Positions 10,707 through 21,059 of a DNA stretch of 64,000 nt are shown here, piece by piece. The notes under the pieces are model-generated. The model saw nothing but the letters and a program-made list of their open reading frames with translations. It was not told where the DNA came from and searched no databases. This stretch comes from Candidatus Zixiibacteriota bacterium (lineage in GTDB: Bacteria > RBG-13-66-14 > B26-G2 > WVWN01): NCBI GenBank assembly GCA_050117845.1, contig JASFLY010000003.1:96001-160000 (forward strand). Reading direction: 5' to 3'. The first letter of the stretch is position 1, and every line of letters starts with the position of its first letter. Position numbers and translations under genes: made by a program.

Positions 10707-11666
10707 TTAGAAGTCGTAGCCCAGCGTCGCTTTAAGCGATTCGCCGAGGCGCCCCATGCCCGTATAAGAGAAATCGGGCCGGAAACCGCCGAACTTCAGT
10801 CCCACGCCGCCGGTGTACGACGCTTCGTCGTAGTTCACCTTATAACCGCCGCGGATGGCGACCATTTCGAGCGGCCACCATTCCCCGCCGACGTCTATCG
10901 TCTCGTCACCGTCGTTGGGGTGAGCAGCGTTGACCGCGAGCGTCATGTTCTCGATCGGGTCATACGCTACGCCCAAACGAACGACGACGGGCAGACTAAA
11001 CGTCGCGTACTCTTCCTGGATATACTCCTCGCGGTTACGCTGTAGTTCCTCGTACGTCCCGCCGTACTGCATTTCGGGACCGAGGTTTTGCAACGCAATC
11101 GCCATACGGAGCGTCCGGAAGCCGGTCATGTACTGGGTGCCGACGTCGAACGCGACGCCCATGGCCGGATCGACGCCGTCCACGCCGCTGAACGAACAAC
11201 GCACTAACTTAACGGTACCGCCGACGGAGAACCGGTCGGTCAACCTACGGCCGAACGCGACTCCCGCGGCCATATCCATGGCGCTGAACGTTTCGCCCGT
11301 TCCGTTGGGTTCCTCCGTAGTCGTCTCGTCGATATCGCCGTACATCATGGACGTTACCATGAAGCCGAGCGTACCGAAGCCGAAACGACGAGCGTAAGCG
11401 CCGCCGATCATTCTCGTATCGGCGATCCACTCGTTATCGCTTATGGAGAAACCCTGATTCTCGACCGTCACCAAGCCGGCGGCATTCCAGAATATCGCTT
11501 CCGGCCCTGACGCGATCGGGTCGTACGCGTCGGCCATCGCCGCGGCACGAGCGCCTACCCCTACGTTGAGGAACTTGGCGCCCGACGTGCCTTCCTTTCC
11601 TACGGCGAAAGCGAAAGACGCGCACACCATCGCTAGAACCGATACCGCAATGATGATTTTACGCAT
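10707..11666 (-). CDS. PorV/PorQ (UPF0164)-family outer membrane beta-barrel
   Basis: GAKFLNVGVGARAAAMADA...AIFWNAAGL N-terminus; amphipathic strands; terminal YDF. Confidence 0.85.
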   Translation of the reverse strand: MRKIIIAVSVLAMVCASFAFAVGKEGTSGAKFLNVGVGARAAAMADAYDPIASGPEAIFWNAAGLVTVENQGFSISDNEWIADTRMIGGAYARRFGFGTLGFMVTSMMYGDIDETTTEEPNGTGETFSAMDMAAGVAFGRRLTDRFSVGGTVKLVRCSFSGVDGVDPAMGVAFDVGTQYMTGFRTLRMAIALQNLGPEMQYGGTYEELQRNREEYIQEEYATFSLPVVVRLGVAYDPIENMTLAVNAAHPNDGDETIDVGGEWWPLEMVAIRGGYKVNYDEASYTGGVGLKFGGFRPDFSYTGMGRLGESLKATLGYDF

Positions 11667-11684
11667 GTGTTGTCTCCGCCTCCC

Positions 11685-13889
11685 TTAGTTCTGGCCTATC
11701 AAGACGGCGAATTTACCTATCTTTTCGCCGTACTCGGGCGCGTCAACGTGGTAGATGTAGATACCGCTGGCCACCTGGACGCCGGCTTCCCCGGTAAGGT
11801 CCCAGGCCTCGGCGCCGTACGATATGTCGTGATGTTCCAACGTACGTACGAGGTCGCCCGCGATGGTGTAGATTCGTATAGTGCACTTGGACGGCAGGTT
11901 CATGAAGTAGAGACGACCCAAGCGGGAACCCGAGCCCGTCCACTCTTCCCAGTCCGCGCTACCCTTGTAGGGGTTCGGTACGACGCGTATATCGTCGAGG
12001 ACGTTGCGCGAAGTCGGCAAGGGGATAACCGAAACGGCGTTGACGTTACGTCCGCCGTACGCCGGGAAGTCGAACGACGTGAAGTTACCGAAATCGTATC
12101 CGACAACCGCGTAGTAGTAACGGGTACCGTTCGAAACGTCGCCCGTAACCGCGCCGCCGCCGTCCACGCCGTCGACTAGTTCGTAATAACCGCCGACCTT
12201 ACGGAGGCGTATCGTGCCGCCCTGCCGTGTATTACTCGGGAAGCTGCCTTCGCTTATATTTTCCAGAGCCACGGCCGGCGTATTGGATAAATTGGGTTCG
12301 TTGGGCCGGTTCGACCGACCCGTCGGAATAGCCTCATTCCAACGGTTGTGAGCCTGCCCCGAAACCCGCCAACCCCACGGATAGTAGCGGTAATCCGCGT
12401 CGGGGTTCTCAGTGGGATCGGTTTTACTTAGTTTATCTATCCAGGCTATGGTTTCCCAACCACTGTCGTAGCCGATGTCCGAACGCCATACGAGGTATCC
12501 GTCGAAGTCCCGGATATTGGTACGGGGATCAGGTTCGGTCTCGGTATTGTGGCCGGGCGCATAGTCCGGATTCCAACGCAAGATTACCTGGTTATCACCG
12601 CGGACGGCCACCAAGCGGGGCGATACCGGCGGAGAAACAACCTGCCAGTCGTCGTCGGTCCCCGGTAAACCGTCGGCCCCCAGGAAGTCGGCGTAGAGGG
12701 CGTCGGCGTTCACGCGAATGTCGAAGAGGTCGCCGCCCATTACGACGCCGGTCCACCAGTGAATTACCTGGTTGGGTTCCATGGCGAAGGGTCCGAAACA
12801 CGGGTCGATACGCCAGTCGTACGCGGTATTGATCTCCTCGTACGTGCCGACGTCGATCATGTATCCGTATTTGTAGGCGTCGGTATCCGGGTCGTTCATG
12901 ATATCCCAGGAGTGCTGGCTCGATATCTCTATGAGCGAGCCTTCCTTGTCGTCGTCGTCCATCCAGCCCATGACGCGGACGCCGCAGTAACCCGGCGTAT
13001 CGCGGGACTCGCCGCCCTCGTCGTACATGTACGTTAACATGCGGGGCCAGCCGATGTCGCCTTCCCCTTTAACCAACGGTTTGGTAGCTACCGTCGAGGA
13101 GAAGTTTACGGCGTCGTTCTCGTCGGGAATGCCGTCCGGCCCTGTGATGGTCCACTCCTCGCCGACCGAGGTCGGGTTATTCCAAGTATCGGCGTTCGAA
13201 TTACCGTCGTAACCGACGAGGTCGTCGATGTAGTCCAACGAGCCGCCGATGTCGATATCGTACGCCAGCGAGACGTAACAATCGTTCGATAGCGGGCTCG
13301 AGTTATCATTGGTAAGCCAACATTCGAGGACTATCCAGTCATCGTGGCCGGGAGCCGACCAACAGATGCCGTGCATCTCGAGCGTCGCCGGGATGGGTCC
13401 GTTTTCGCCCGCGTTATCGTCGTTACATATGGCATAGGTATCGAGGTCGCCCGTCGAGATGCAATACGACGGCCTTAAGTTCCAGTTTTGCTGGTCACTC
13501 GCCAGCAATTCGGTCTCGGAGACTCCCATCTCGTGCCACTCGGGGTCGCTGTTACCGCCGACCGCGAGGTCACCGCTGACGTGGATGTCGCTACCTATAA
13601 GCGTACCGAACCAAACGTAACCGGCGTAAATATACGTTACACCCGAACCGCCGGGCCACGTGCCCGATTTGGGATCGCTCTGGCTATCCCCGATGTATTG
13701 CCGGTTCCAGATTTTATTCCAGAAGTTACCGACGTCGAGGTAATCGTACGCCAGAGCGTCCATGGAGTCGGAGCCGGCGGAGCGCATGCCCTTTTTAACG
13801 GCCGCGGTTAAGAGGAGTATTCCGCAGACCGCCACCAACCCCGCGACCATGAGACGCGGGACTGCTCCTTTTCGCCTGATATATCTCAA
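11685..13889 (-). CDS. Secreted Asp-rich protein with T9SS/FlgD-like C-terminal Ig domain
   Basis: C-terminal IRVVPNPY...LPSKCTIRIYTIAGDLVRTL...WDL...VASGIYIYHV; FN3-like segment; N-terminal hydrophobic signal. Confidence 0.8.
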   Translation of the reverse strand: MRYIRRKGAVPRLMVAGLVAVCGILLLTAAVKKGMRSAGSDSMDALAYDYLDVGNFWNKIWNRQYIGDSQSDPKSGTWPGGSGVTYIYAGYVWFGTLIGSDIHVSGDLAVGGNSDPEWHEMGVSETELLASDQQNWNLRPSYCISTGDLDTYAICNDDNAGENGPIPATLEMHGICWSAPGHDDWIVLECWLTNDNSSPLSNDCYVSLAYDIDIGGSLDYIDDLVGYDGNSNADTWNNPTSVGEEWTITGPDGIPDENDAVNFSSTVATKPLVKGEGDIGWPRMLTYMYDEGGESRDTPGYCGVRVMGWMDDDDKEGSLIEISSQHSWDIMNDPDTDAYKYGYMIDVGTYEEINTAYDWRIDPCFGPFAMEPNQVIHWWTGVVMGGDLFDIRVNADALYADFLGADGLPGTDDDWQVVSPPVSPRLVAVRGDNQVILRWNPDYAPGHNTETEPDPRTNIRDFDGYLVWRSDIGYDSGWETIAWIDKLSKTDPTENPDADYRYYPWGWRVSGQAHNRWNEAIPTGRSNRPNEPNLSNTPAVALENISEGSFPSNTRQGGTIRLRKVGGYYELVDGVDGGGAVTGDVSNGTRYYYAVVGYDFGNFTSFDFPAYGGRNVNAVSVIPLPTSRNVLDDIRVVPNPYKGSADWEEWTGSGSRLGRLYFMNLPSKCTIRIYTIAGDLVRTLEHHDISYGAEAWDLTGEAGVQVASGIYIYHVDAPEYGEKIGKFAVLIGQN

Positions 13890-13924
13890 CTCTCCTCTCT
13901 CCTTTCCGTGAAGAGCGGGATATA

Positions 13925-13951
13925 GGGGAGCTTCCCTTTGGGAAGCTCCCC
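13925..13951. terminator. Intra-operon hairpin (partial terminator or mRNA stabiliser)
   Basis: GGGGAGCTTCCC-TTT-GGGAAGCTCCCC, 12-bp perfect stem. Confidence 0.55.
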
Positions 13952-13961
13952 GTTATATGCT

Positions 13962-16616
13962 CTAGAATCCAATATCCAATCCGACGCGAATGCGCATGGG
14001 ATCGCCGTAACATTCCATATCGTCGTACGGGCCGTCCGCGTCATCGTAGAAGTAGTACCACGGCAGCCAGTCCGACCCGGCGCCATCGCCTTCGTCTTCG
14101 CCGAAATTGAATACGTTGTCGTGATTGAGGAGGTTGATAACCTCGCAATACGCCGTGTATTTCAGGCCCCAGTAGCTAAGCGAGTAATCGGCCTTGAGGT
14201 TCCAGTTAATAGTCCACGGCATACGTTCCGAATTGATCTTGGGTTGGCCGGCACCTTCCGGCGGCCGGGAATAAGGCATGCCCGAGCCGTACGTGAGCGT
14301 CGTGTTGGCGCCCAGGCCGTGTATCTCGGCCAACGTCGTCCGGTAATCGACCGTGAGGTCCAGCTTGTGGGTCTGGTCCCAGTCGAGGAGGTTTTCTTTA
14401 TTGGGGACGTTCCATCCGCGGTAGGCGTAGTTGTAACCCTGATAGTAAGACGAAGCCAAACCCTTGGCGACGGAGAACGTATACCCCAGATTACCGGAGA
14501 AGTTTTTCGTCATCCGCTTGTCCACGGACAACTCCATACCGCGGACCGATCCGAAGTCGGCGCTGATTATCTTGGTGTAGTTGAAGCCCTGTTCGTAGTT
14601 GATGCGCTCGGTATCGATAAGGTCACGAATGTCCTTGAAGTAGGCCGATACCGTGGCTTTGAGGTCGTCGGTGAACAGGTGCTCTACGCCGATTTCGTAC
14701 TGCACCGTCCGCTGCGGTTTCAAGTCCGGGTTACCCATAATCGGATACGCACCCGTTAACTCGATCTGCGAACTCCGATAGAGGTAAATTAGCGGCGGAA
14801 CCTGGAAGAAGTGGCCGTAGGAGAAGTGGAGTTTGTCGATATCGGAAATGGGATACGAGACGCCGACGCGCGGGCTTACCTGATACGACTTCTCCGCTTG
14901 CTTCCGCGGCATCTCGGCGTAACTCCGATACTGACCATCCGAATTTACCCTGACCCACTCTTCGCCGGTAACCGGGCTGTGAGTGAAGCCCCATACGTAA
15001 TCGTACGGGTCCTCGGGATACGTGGCGTTGGGGTCGAAGAGGTCCATCCGGACGCCCAGGTTGATGACCATACCCGAGTATTCGAGCTTGTCTTGGACGT
15101 ACGCGTGAGCCTCGTAGGGGTAAACGTGGAAGATGTCCGTATAGACGTTGGACGAATAAGGCTGGATCTGGTAGAAATCGACGTCCTGGGTTTTGAAACC
15201 GACGCCGCCCTTAATAACGTTCATCGATACGGCGCGGTTATCGCCCACCCGGGCGATTTCGTACTGGAGGTCGGCCTTGCCCTCGTAGTACATCTGGTCT
15301 CGGGTTTCGTACAACGCGTAATCGCCCGTGGTTACGAAGTAACCGGTCGGGTCGGTCTTCAAACGGTTGATATCGTAGTTGTGCCAGTGCTTCTCGCCGT
15401 CTATGAGGGAGCGGTTCTCCTTGAACGTGGCCCCCGTCACGGTGTAGTAGAAGCGGTCGTTCACGTTGTGGGTGAAGTTACCGCTCAGGCGGCTACTGCC
15501 GATTTTGCGATACGGGTAGCCTTCGAGATTGTACTGGTACTCGTTCGAGAAGAGCTGGCGTTCTTCCCAGTGACGGCCGCCGCTGAAGACGAAGCGTACG
15601 GTGCCCGTCGGCCGGAGCGAAATCTTGCCGTTGGCGTTCCAATTCAACGCCGGGTCGGGCAGCGGGTACACGTCCCAGTCGCGCGCGTAGTCGCCCGCGA
15701 AGAAGTAGCCGACCTGGTCGACGCCGGGCCAAACCGGCCCGCCGAACGACGCCCGGTACTTCGAGAAGTACGCCTGGCGAGTTTCAGTTCTCCAAGTGAC
15801 AAGCGGGCTCGCGGGATCTTCCAGGCCGGTAGCTTCGAGGGCCTTGTGCGAATCCCAGCTACGCTCGGCGGTAAAAAGCTCCTGCGTCGCGCCGACGTTA
15901 CCTGTATACTCGTCGCGTCCCTCTTTGGTCTGGATGTTAATGATCCCCGATTGCGCTTTACCGAATTCGGCGTCCCATCCAGCGGTGATTACGTTCATCT
16001 GCTCGATGGCCTCGACCGGTACCTGCATACCGGCACCGCCGACGATGGGGTTGGTGATGTTAACGCCGTCAACGATGTAGGCGATCTCCGTCCCGCGGCC
16101 ACCACGGATGTGGAGGTTCAGGGTGGAAGCGTCGCTGTTCTCGTAGACAATACCGGGTGTCCGGACCAGCATGTCTGCGAACTCGTCGACGATCTGAGTC
16201 TCGATTTGGTCGCTCCCGATAACGTGCTCGACGTGAGTCTGGTTGAACTTGATGAGCGGGTCCTCGGATTTAATGTAGGTTACGCCGGCCGTCTCGGATT
16301 GCAGCTGGAACGAGATGTTCGTCCGCAAACCCGCGATGACCTTGACGCTCGTTTTAACCTGTTCGCTAAATCCGACCCGGGATGCCTTCACTTCGAACGA
16401 TCCAACCGGGACCGGCGAAATGACGTAATACCCGTCGGCGTTCGTCGTCGAGAAACGGTTCGTCCCTTTTACGACGACTAGCGCGCCGCTGACCGGGGCA
16501 CCGTTCTGGTCCGTTACTAACCCGGATACCGTCCCGGTGTCCGCGGCCCAAGCCGCGCTTGCGGCGAGTAGCGCGAACGTCATTACGACGAAACTCTTTA
16601 TCATTTTTTCGCGCAT
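13962..16616 (-). CDS. TonB-dependent receptor with N-terminal CarboxypepD_reg-like domain
   Basis: Signal peptide; plug HIRGGRGTEIAYIVDGV, AGWDAEFG; GNPDLKPQRT; terminal RVGLDIGF. Confidence 0.92.
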   Translation of the reverse strand: MREKMIKSFVVMTFALLAASAAWAADTGTVSGLVTDQNGAPVSGALVVVKGTNRFSTTNADGYYVISPVPVGSFEVKASRVGFSEQVKTSVKVIAGLRTNISFQLQSETAGVTYIKSEDPLIKFNQTHVEHVIGSDQIETQIVDEFADMLVRTPGIVYENSDASTLNLHIRGGRGTEIAYIVDGVNITNPIVGGAGMQVPVEAIEQMNVITAGWDAEFGKAQSGIINIQTKEGRDEYTGNVGATQELFTAERSWDSHKALEATGLEDPASPLVTWRTETRQAYFSKYRASFGGPVWPGVDQVGYFFAGDYARDWDVYPLPDPALNWNANGKISLRPTGTVRFVFSGGRHWEERQLFSNEYQYNLEGYPYRKIGSSRLSGNFTHNVNDRFYYTVTGATFKENRSLIDGEKHWHNYDINRLKTDPTGYFVTTGDYALYETRDQMYYEGKADLQYEIARVGDNRAVSMNVIKGGVGFKTQDVDFYQIQPYSSNVYTDIFHVYPYEAHAYVQDKLEYSGMVINLGVRMDLFDPNATYPEDPYDYVWGFTHSPVTGEEWVRVNSDGQYRSYAEMPRKQAEKSYQVSPRVGVSYPISDIDKLHFSYGHFFQVPPLIYLYRSSQIELTGAYPIMGNPDLKPQRTVQYEIGVEHLFTDDLKATVSAYFKDIRDLIDTERINYEQGFNYTKIISADFGSVRGMELSVDKRMTKNFSGNLGYTFSVAKGLASSYYQGYNYAYRGWNVPNKENLLDWDQTHKLDLTVDYRTTLAEIHGLGANTTLTYGSGMPYSRPPEGAGQPKINSERMPWTINWNLKADYSLSYWGLKYTAYCEVINLLNHDNVFNFGEDEGDGAGSDWLPWYYFYDDADGPYDDMECYGDPMRIRVGLDIGF

Positions 16617-17584
16617 GTGCAGAGGACACCCCCTTTCGAAAGGTTAGGGAATGTTGGCGTACAGCGCCGTTGCTTTCTCCGTTCTCTTAGAATCTATTGT
16701 CCTTACGTTATTGCAGTTATATAAGGTGGTTCGCTAAACTCCTTTCACCTCCTCTTAAGCACGAACGATAAAACCTTACAGACGCCCGGCCAGCGAATCG
16801 ATTCGGCCGCACGCCTTTTATTTTCCTTTTGCGAATCTATACGAAACAAACGCTAACATATGCATCCGAAAGCTGTCAAGCTAAAAAAAGCCTCTTTTCT
16901 TATCGGCGGGCCGAACCACGGGTAATAACAAACACCGCATTTCGCGCAATAGCGCACGGCCCGGTTTAGTCCCGGTTCAGAATACAAAAAGCCACCGCCG
17001 GAGCAGGGCGTCTCCGCCCTTCCCCCGAAACGATGACCTCTTTTTATATCCAAACCGGTTTCGGCCCCATACGGGGACCCCGGATATTTGGCTTTTATTT
17101 TCATCCCGTACTCCCTCCTGTACGGGCCGGCCGGTACCCCGGCACCATATAAATTGTATCAGACCGGGGCGCCAAGTCAACCCAAAAACGCCCTCGCCGG
17201 GTCGCCACGAGAAAACGCACACTATATATTGTACCACCCCCGAGGCCCCACGCCGGAAATTCGGATTTTCCGCCGCTTAAACAAGATAGACATATAGAAC
17301 TGACATAATACCCGATATCGCGAGACGTTAATTATGCACATATTGTCTATTGCCATATTAATGTACGCATAAAACAATAAATAGTAAGTAATAGTCATTA
17401 TGGGGCGTGGCGCGATTCAAAATTCGCTTCAGCGTCCAATAACGTACGATATAATGGGGGCCCCGCATGGAACCGAGCGGCGCGGGTACCCGATATAAAC
17501 CGCCCTATTATCGTTAACCCGTTACCCGTTTCTCAAACCCGCGCGGACCCAAACCGCCGTCAAGGCCGGATATCGAAAAAAACC

Positions 17585-17613
17585 TTGATTTTAAACCCTG
17601 GCGGATTTATACT
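17585..17613 (+). promoter_or_regulatory. sigma70-type promoter of HNH-lptE-holA
   Basis: TTGATT-N17-TATACT, 16 nt before ATG 17630. Confidence 0.6.
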
Positions 17614-17629
17614 GCATCTAATACTCGAT

Positions 17630-18148
17630 ATGGCGAATCTCAACGCCAACGTACTCCTTTTGAATGCCAGCTACGAGCCGATGGCGGTCGTAGGCCTCCG
17701 GCGCGCCGTCGGGTTACTATATCTCGATAAGGTAGAGACAATAGAAACAAACGGGATCGTTTTAAGGTCGCCCTCCGCGGAGTTCCCGGCACCTTCGGTT
17801 ATACGTCTGATGCAATACATAAATCCGGCCCGGCGCCGGATTAAATTTAACCGAAAGAACGTATTACGCCGCGACGGGTTCGCTTGCCAGTATTGCGGCC
17901 GGCACACGGCGGACCTCACCATAGACCATATAATACCTATCGCCGTCGGCGGCAAGCACACCTGGGAAAACGTCGTGGCCTCGTGCCAAACCTGCAACAA
18001 CCGCAAGGCCGACCGCACCCCCGAAGAGGCCCGGATGAAACTCCTAACCCGGCCCAAGGAACCGGCCTTCCTTCCCTATCTCCAAAAAATCTACGCCGCC
18101 GACCTGGCCGGCAACGCCCAATGGCGCAAATACCTTTTCCTCGACTGA
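17630..18148 (+). CDS. HNH endonuclease family protein
   Basis: VLLLNASYEP, RDGFACQYCG, LTIDHIIP...GG..TWENVVASCQTCNNRK. Confidence 0.92.
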   Translation: MANLNANVLLLNASYEPMAVVGLRRAVGLLYLDKVETIETNGIVLRSPSAEFPAPSVIRLMQYINPARRRIKFNRKNVLRRDGFACQYCGRHTADLTIDHIIPIAVGGKHTWENVVASCQTCNNRKADRTPEEARMKLLTRPKEPAFLPYLQKIYAADLAGNAQWRKYLFLD

Positions 18149-18161
18149 TAGGAGGGACGAG

Positions 18162-18671
18162 ATGCGAAAAGCCGCGTCGGCATCTCTCGCTTTCGTAATA
18201 ATCCTGACGGCTACCCTCGCGTGCGGCCCCTATACTTTCAATCCCAACCTACCGGGCCATATCAAGTCCGTAGCCATCCCGCTGTTTAAAAACCCCCGGA
18301 CCTTCAAATACGGCGCCGAGCGCGTTCTGACGGACGCCGTTATCAACGAATTCGTCGCGGATGGCAGCCTGGACGTCGCCGGCGAGAACGTGGCCGATTC
18401 CAAACTCACGGTCGAAATCGTCAATTATAAGAAAGAGGCGCTGAGTTACGACGTGCAGGAAGTCGTAAAGGAGTACAACCTGGCCGTCGTCATTTCGGCC
18501 ACCTTTACGGACCTGACTACCAACCAGGTCCTGTGGCAGGAACCGTCGCTTTACGAATCGGTTTCTTACTACGCCGTGGGCGGCCGCGCCGAGACCGAGG
18601 ACGAAGCCCTCGACCGCCTGGCCGAGGAACTCGCCCGCAAAATCGTCAACCGCACCCTCCAGGGTTGGTAA
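18162..18671 (+). CDS. lptE: LPS assembly lipoprotein LptE
   Basis: Lipobox LAC-GPYTF; LPGHIKSVAIPLFKN; sits upstream of holA as usual. Confidence 0.85.
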   Translation: MRKAASASLAFVIILTATLACGPYTFNPNLPGHIKSVAIPLFKNPRTFKYGAERVLTDAVINEFVADGSLDVAGENVADSKLTVEIVNYKKEALSYDVQEVVKEYNLAVVISATFTDLTTNQVLWQEPSLYESVSYYAVGGRAETEDEALDRLAEELARKIVNRTLQGW

Positions 18672-18678
18672 TCTCCCG

Positions 18679-19677
18679 GTGAGCGAAGAGCAACTCAAAC
18701 GCCTGGCCGCCGATATAAAAGCGGGCCGGCTACAACCGGTGTATTTGTTCGAGGGGCCGGACGAATATCGCAAACTCAGAGCGCTCGCCGCCCTCCGTCG
18801 CGCCACCGTCGGCGAATCGCCCGACGAGATGGCCTTCGAGCGTTTAGATAACATCTCGGCCTCGGAGTTGTGCGACCGCGCCCACACGGCGCCCTTCTTC
18901 GTCGAACGCCGTCTGTTGGTCGCCACCGGCGTCGAGAAATACGGCGACGCCGACCTGGCCGCGCTGAACTCCTACGTCGCCGAGCCGTCGTCGAGCGCGG
19001 TTGTCGTTTTCTGGGCGACGGGCAAAATGGACCGGCGCAAGAAGACGTACAAATTCTTCGAGAAGCTGGGCGCCTCGTACGAGTTCGGCCACCTCACGGG
19101 GCAGGCCCGTCGGGCCCGCATCCAAAACGAGGCCGGCCGCCTGGAACTCAAGTTGAGCGAGGCCGCGCTCGCCCACCTCGACTTCGCGCTGGGCCCCGAC
19201 CTCTTCACCATAGTCCGCGAGCTGGAGAAACTGGCCGCGTACGCCGACGGCGAGGAGGTCTCGGCCGAAACCGCGGCCGAGGTCGCCGCGGCCAGCCGCC
19301 TCGACAACGTGTACGATATGGTCAAGCACGTCGGCGAGGGGAAGCTTGGTCAGGCGCTGGAGGAACTGCGTCGTCTCCTCCTGTCCGGCGAAAGGCCGGA
19401 GTCGATGATCGGCCTCTTCGCCCGCCAGATCCGTCTCATCTGGCTCGCCCGCTGTTTGCGTGAGGCCGGCCTCCCGCCGAGCGAAATCGCCTCCCACCTC
19501 AAGGTTCCCCCATTTTACGTCGGCGAGTATCTGGAATCCGCGGACAGGTTGGACGACGACCGATTGGCCAAACTCCATCGCCTCCTGGCCGAACTGGACA
19601 CCGGCGTCAAGACCGGCCGTGTCGCGCCCGCGCTGGCCCTGGAACTCTTCGCCGCCGGCGCGGCTACCCGGGATTAA
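18679..19677 (+). CDS. holA: DNA polymerase III delta subunit
   Basis: PVYLFEGPDEY, PFFVERRL, ELEKLAAY, ELDTGVKTG. Confidence 0.92.
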   Translation: MSEEQLKRLAADIKAGRLQPVYLFEGPDEYRKLRALAALRRATVGESPDEMAFERLDNISASELCDRAHTAPFFVERRLLVATGVEKYGDADLAALNSYVAEPSSSAVVVFWATGKMDRRKKTYKFFEKLGASYEFGHLTGQARRARIQNEAGRLELKLSEAALAHLDFALGPDLFTIVRELEKLAAYADGEEVSAETAAEVAAASRLDNVYDMVKHVGEGKLGQALEELRRLLLSGERPESMIGLFARQIRLIWLARCLREAGLPPSEIASHLKVPPFYVGEYLESADRLDDDRLAKLHRLLAELDTGVKTGRVAPALALELFAAGAATRD

Positions 19678-19715
19678 CCTCCCCCGATATCCGCCCCGTA
19701 TCCCCTCGCCACTCA

Positions 19716-19741
19716 AACAAAAAAGCCCCCGGAGGGGGCTT
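19716..19741 (-). terminator. Rho-independent terminator of rpsT (possibly bidirectional)
   Basis: AAGCCCCC-GGA-GGGGGCTT with an A tract on + (T tract on -). Confidence 0.75.
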
Positions 19742-19768
19742 ATTGATTTGCGGAAACTTTTCCGGCCG

Positions 19769-20047
19769 TTATTCCTGTTCGGCCGCCGTCGCCTTATTCA
19801 ACCGACGGGCGAGTCGCGATTTCTTGCGGGCCGCCGTACGCTTGTGCAGGACGCCCTTGCGGGCCGCGACGTCGATGGCTTCCTGCGCTTGCCGGCAAGC
19901 CTCGCGGGCGTTTTCCGGTTCGCCGGATTCCACCGCGACTACTGCCTTCTTGATGGCCGTACGGGTGGCGCCCCGGACCGTCCGGTTACGGTCCCGCCGT
20001 TTTATCGATTGGCGATGTCTTTTCTTGGCGTGTCTTTTCGTACTCAA
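19769..20047 (-). CDS. rpsT: 30S ribosomal protein S20
   Basis: AKKRHRQSIKRRDRNR...IDVAARKGVLHKRTAARKKSRL; TTG start after GGAGG. Confidence 0.95.
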   Translation of the reverse strand: MSTKRHAKKRHRQSIKRRDRNRTVRGATRTAIKKAVVAVESGEPENAREACRQAQEAIDVAARKGVLHKRTAARKKSRLARRLNKATAAEQE

Positions 20048-20072
20048 GTCGTGCCTCCAGTTTGAAGTGGGG

Positions 20073-20101
20073 ATAATAACAGAACGTCCCGCCGTTGTCA
20101 A
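20073..20101 (-). promoter_or_regulatory. sigma70 promoter of rpsT
   Basis: TTGACA-N17-TATTAT. Confidence 0.7.
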
Positions 20102-20227
20102 CCCGAAAGTATTATACTCCCCGCCCCTCGTCGGTACTCGCCGCCCCCTATCCAGACGTTTGAAAAATACTTACATATATAATAGTATATACGGAACCGC
20201 TATAGCCGCTTACCCTGGGAGACCTTT

Positions 20228-21040
20228 ATGCTCAAACCCAAAGATATCGACGTGGCCTACCGTTACCTCCGCGGCAAAGTAAGCGCCGATCCCGCCGTCG
20301 CCGTCGTCCTCGGCTCCGGCATCCCCGGCCCGCGCGTCGACGTCGAGGCCGAGGTCGGCTTCGACGAACTACCCTATTGCGCCTCGGCCACGGCCGAGGG
20401 GCACCGAGGCGTTCTGGTTTTCGGCCGCCACGGCGACGTTCCCGTGGTCGTCTCCGAAGGCCGCCTCCACCCGTTCGAGGGGCACCCTCCCGACGTCCTC
20501 GCCCTTCCGGTCCGCCTCTTCGGCCGGCTCGGCTGCCGTACCCTCATCTTGACGGGCGCGGTCGGCGCCCTGCACGCAGGATTCGGCGCGGGAGACGTCG
20601 TCGTCCTCCGCGATCATATAAACTTGCTGAACGCGTCCCCCCTGGCCGGCCCCCACGTCGAGGAGTACGGCCCCCGCTTTGTCGCCACCGCCGACGCCTA
20701 CGACGCCGGCCTCCGGGCCCGGGCGGCCGAGGTCGGCCGGAACTTAAGCCTGGAATTGAAGGAGGCCGTCTACGCCGCGGTCCCGGGACCCCAGTACGAA
20801 ACCGGCGCCGAGGTCCGGGCACTCGCGACGCTCGGCGGCGACGTCGTCGGGATGTCGGTCCCGGGGGAGGTGCTGGTCGCCCGGCAGCTCGGCCTTAGGG
20901 TACTGGCGCTGTGCGCGGTCACGAACGCCGCCGGCGAAGCCGGCGCGAGCCACAGCCACGTACTCGCCGCCGCCGCGGAAACCGGCACGAAAATCAAATC
21001 GCTCGTCGAAGCCCTCCTCCCGACGGTCGCCGCGGAGTGA
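20228..21040 (+). CDS. Purine nucleoside phosphorylase (trimeric PunA/XapA type)
   Basis: VLGSG, GH.G, GRLHPFEG, DHIN, GPQYETGAE, VGMS, VTN. Confidence 0.9.
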   Translation: MLKPKDIDVAYRYLRGKVSADPAVAVVLGSGIPGPRVDVEAEVGFDELPYCASATAEGHRGVLVFGRHGDVPVVVSEGRLHPFEGHPPDVLALPVRLFGRLGCRTLILTGAVGALHAGFGAGDVVVLRDHINLLNASPLAGPHVEEYGPRFVATADAYDAGLRARAAEVGRNLSLELKEAVYAAVPGPQYETGAEVRALATLGGDVVGMSVPGEVLVARQLGLRVLALCAVTNAAGEAGASHSHVLAAAAETGTKIKSLVEALLPTVAAE

Positions 21041-21059
21041 TATAATATATGGTGTAAGT

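Noticed and set aside
14811..16481. Long antisense or shifted ORFs (e.g. 14811-16481, 6332-7672, 29441-30718, 32980-34209, 57784-58956)
   Set aside because: Shadow ORFs of GC-rich genes with no motifs; the overlapping frame has clear family signatures
17630..18148. HNH gene as a mobile element or defence nuclease
   Set aside because: Common stand-alone HNH family in a housekeeping operon; no flanking repeats, intron or methylase
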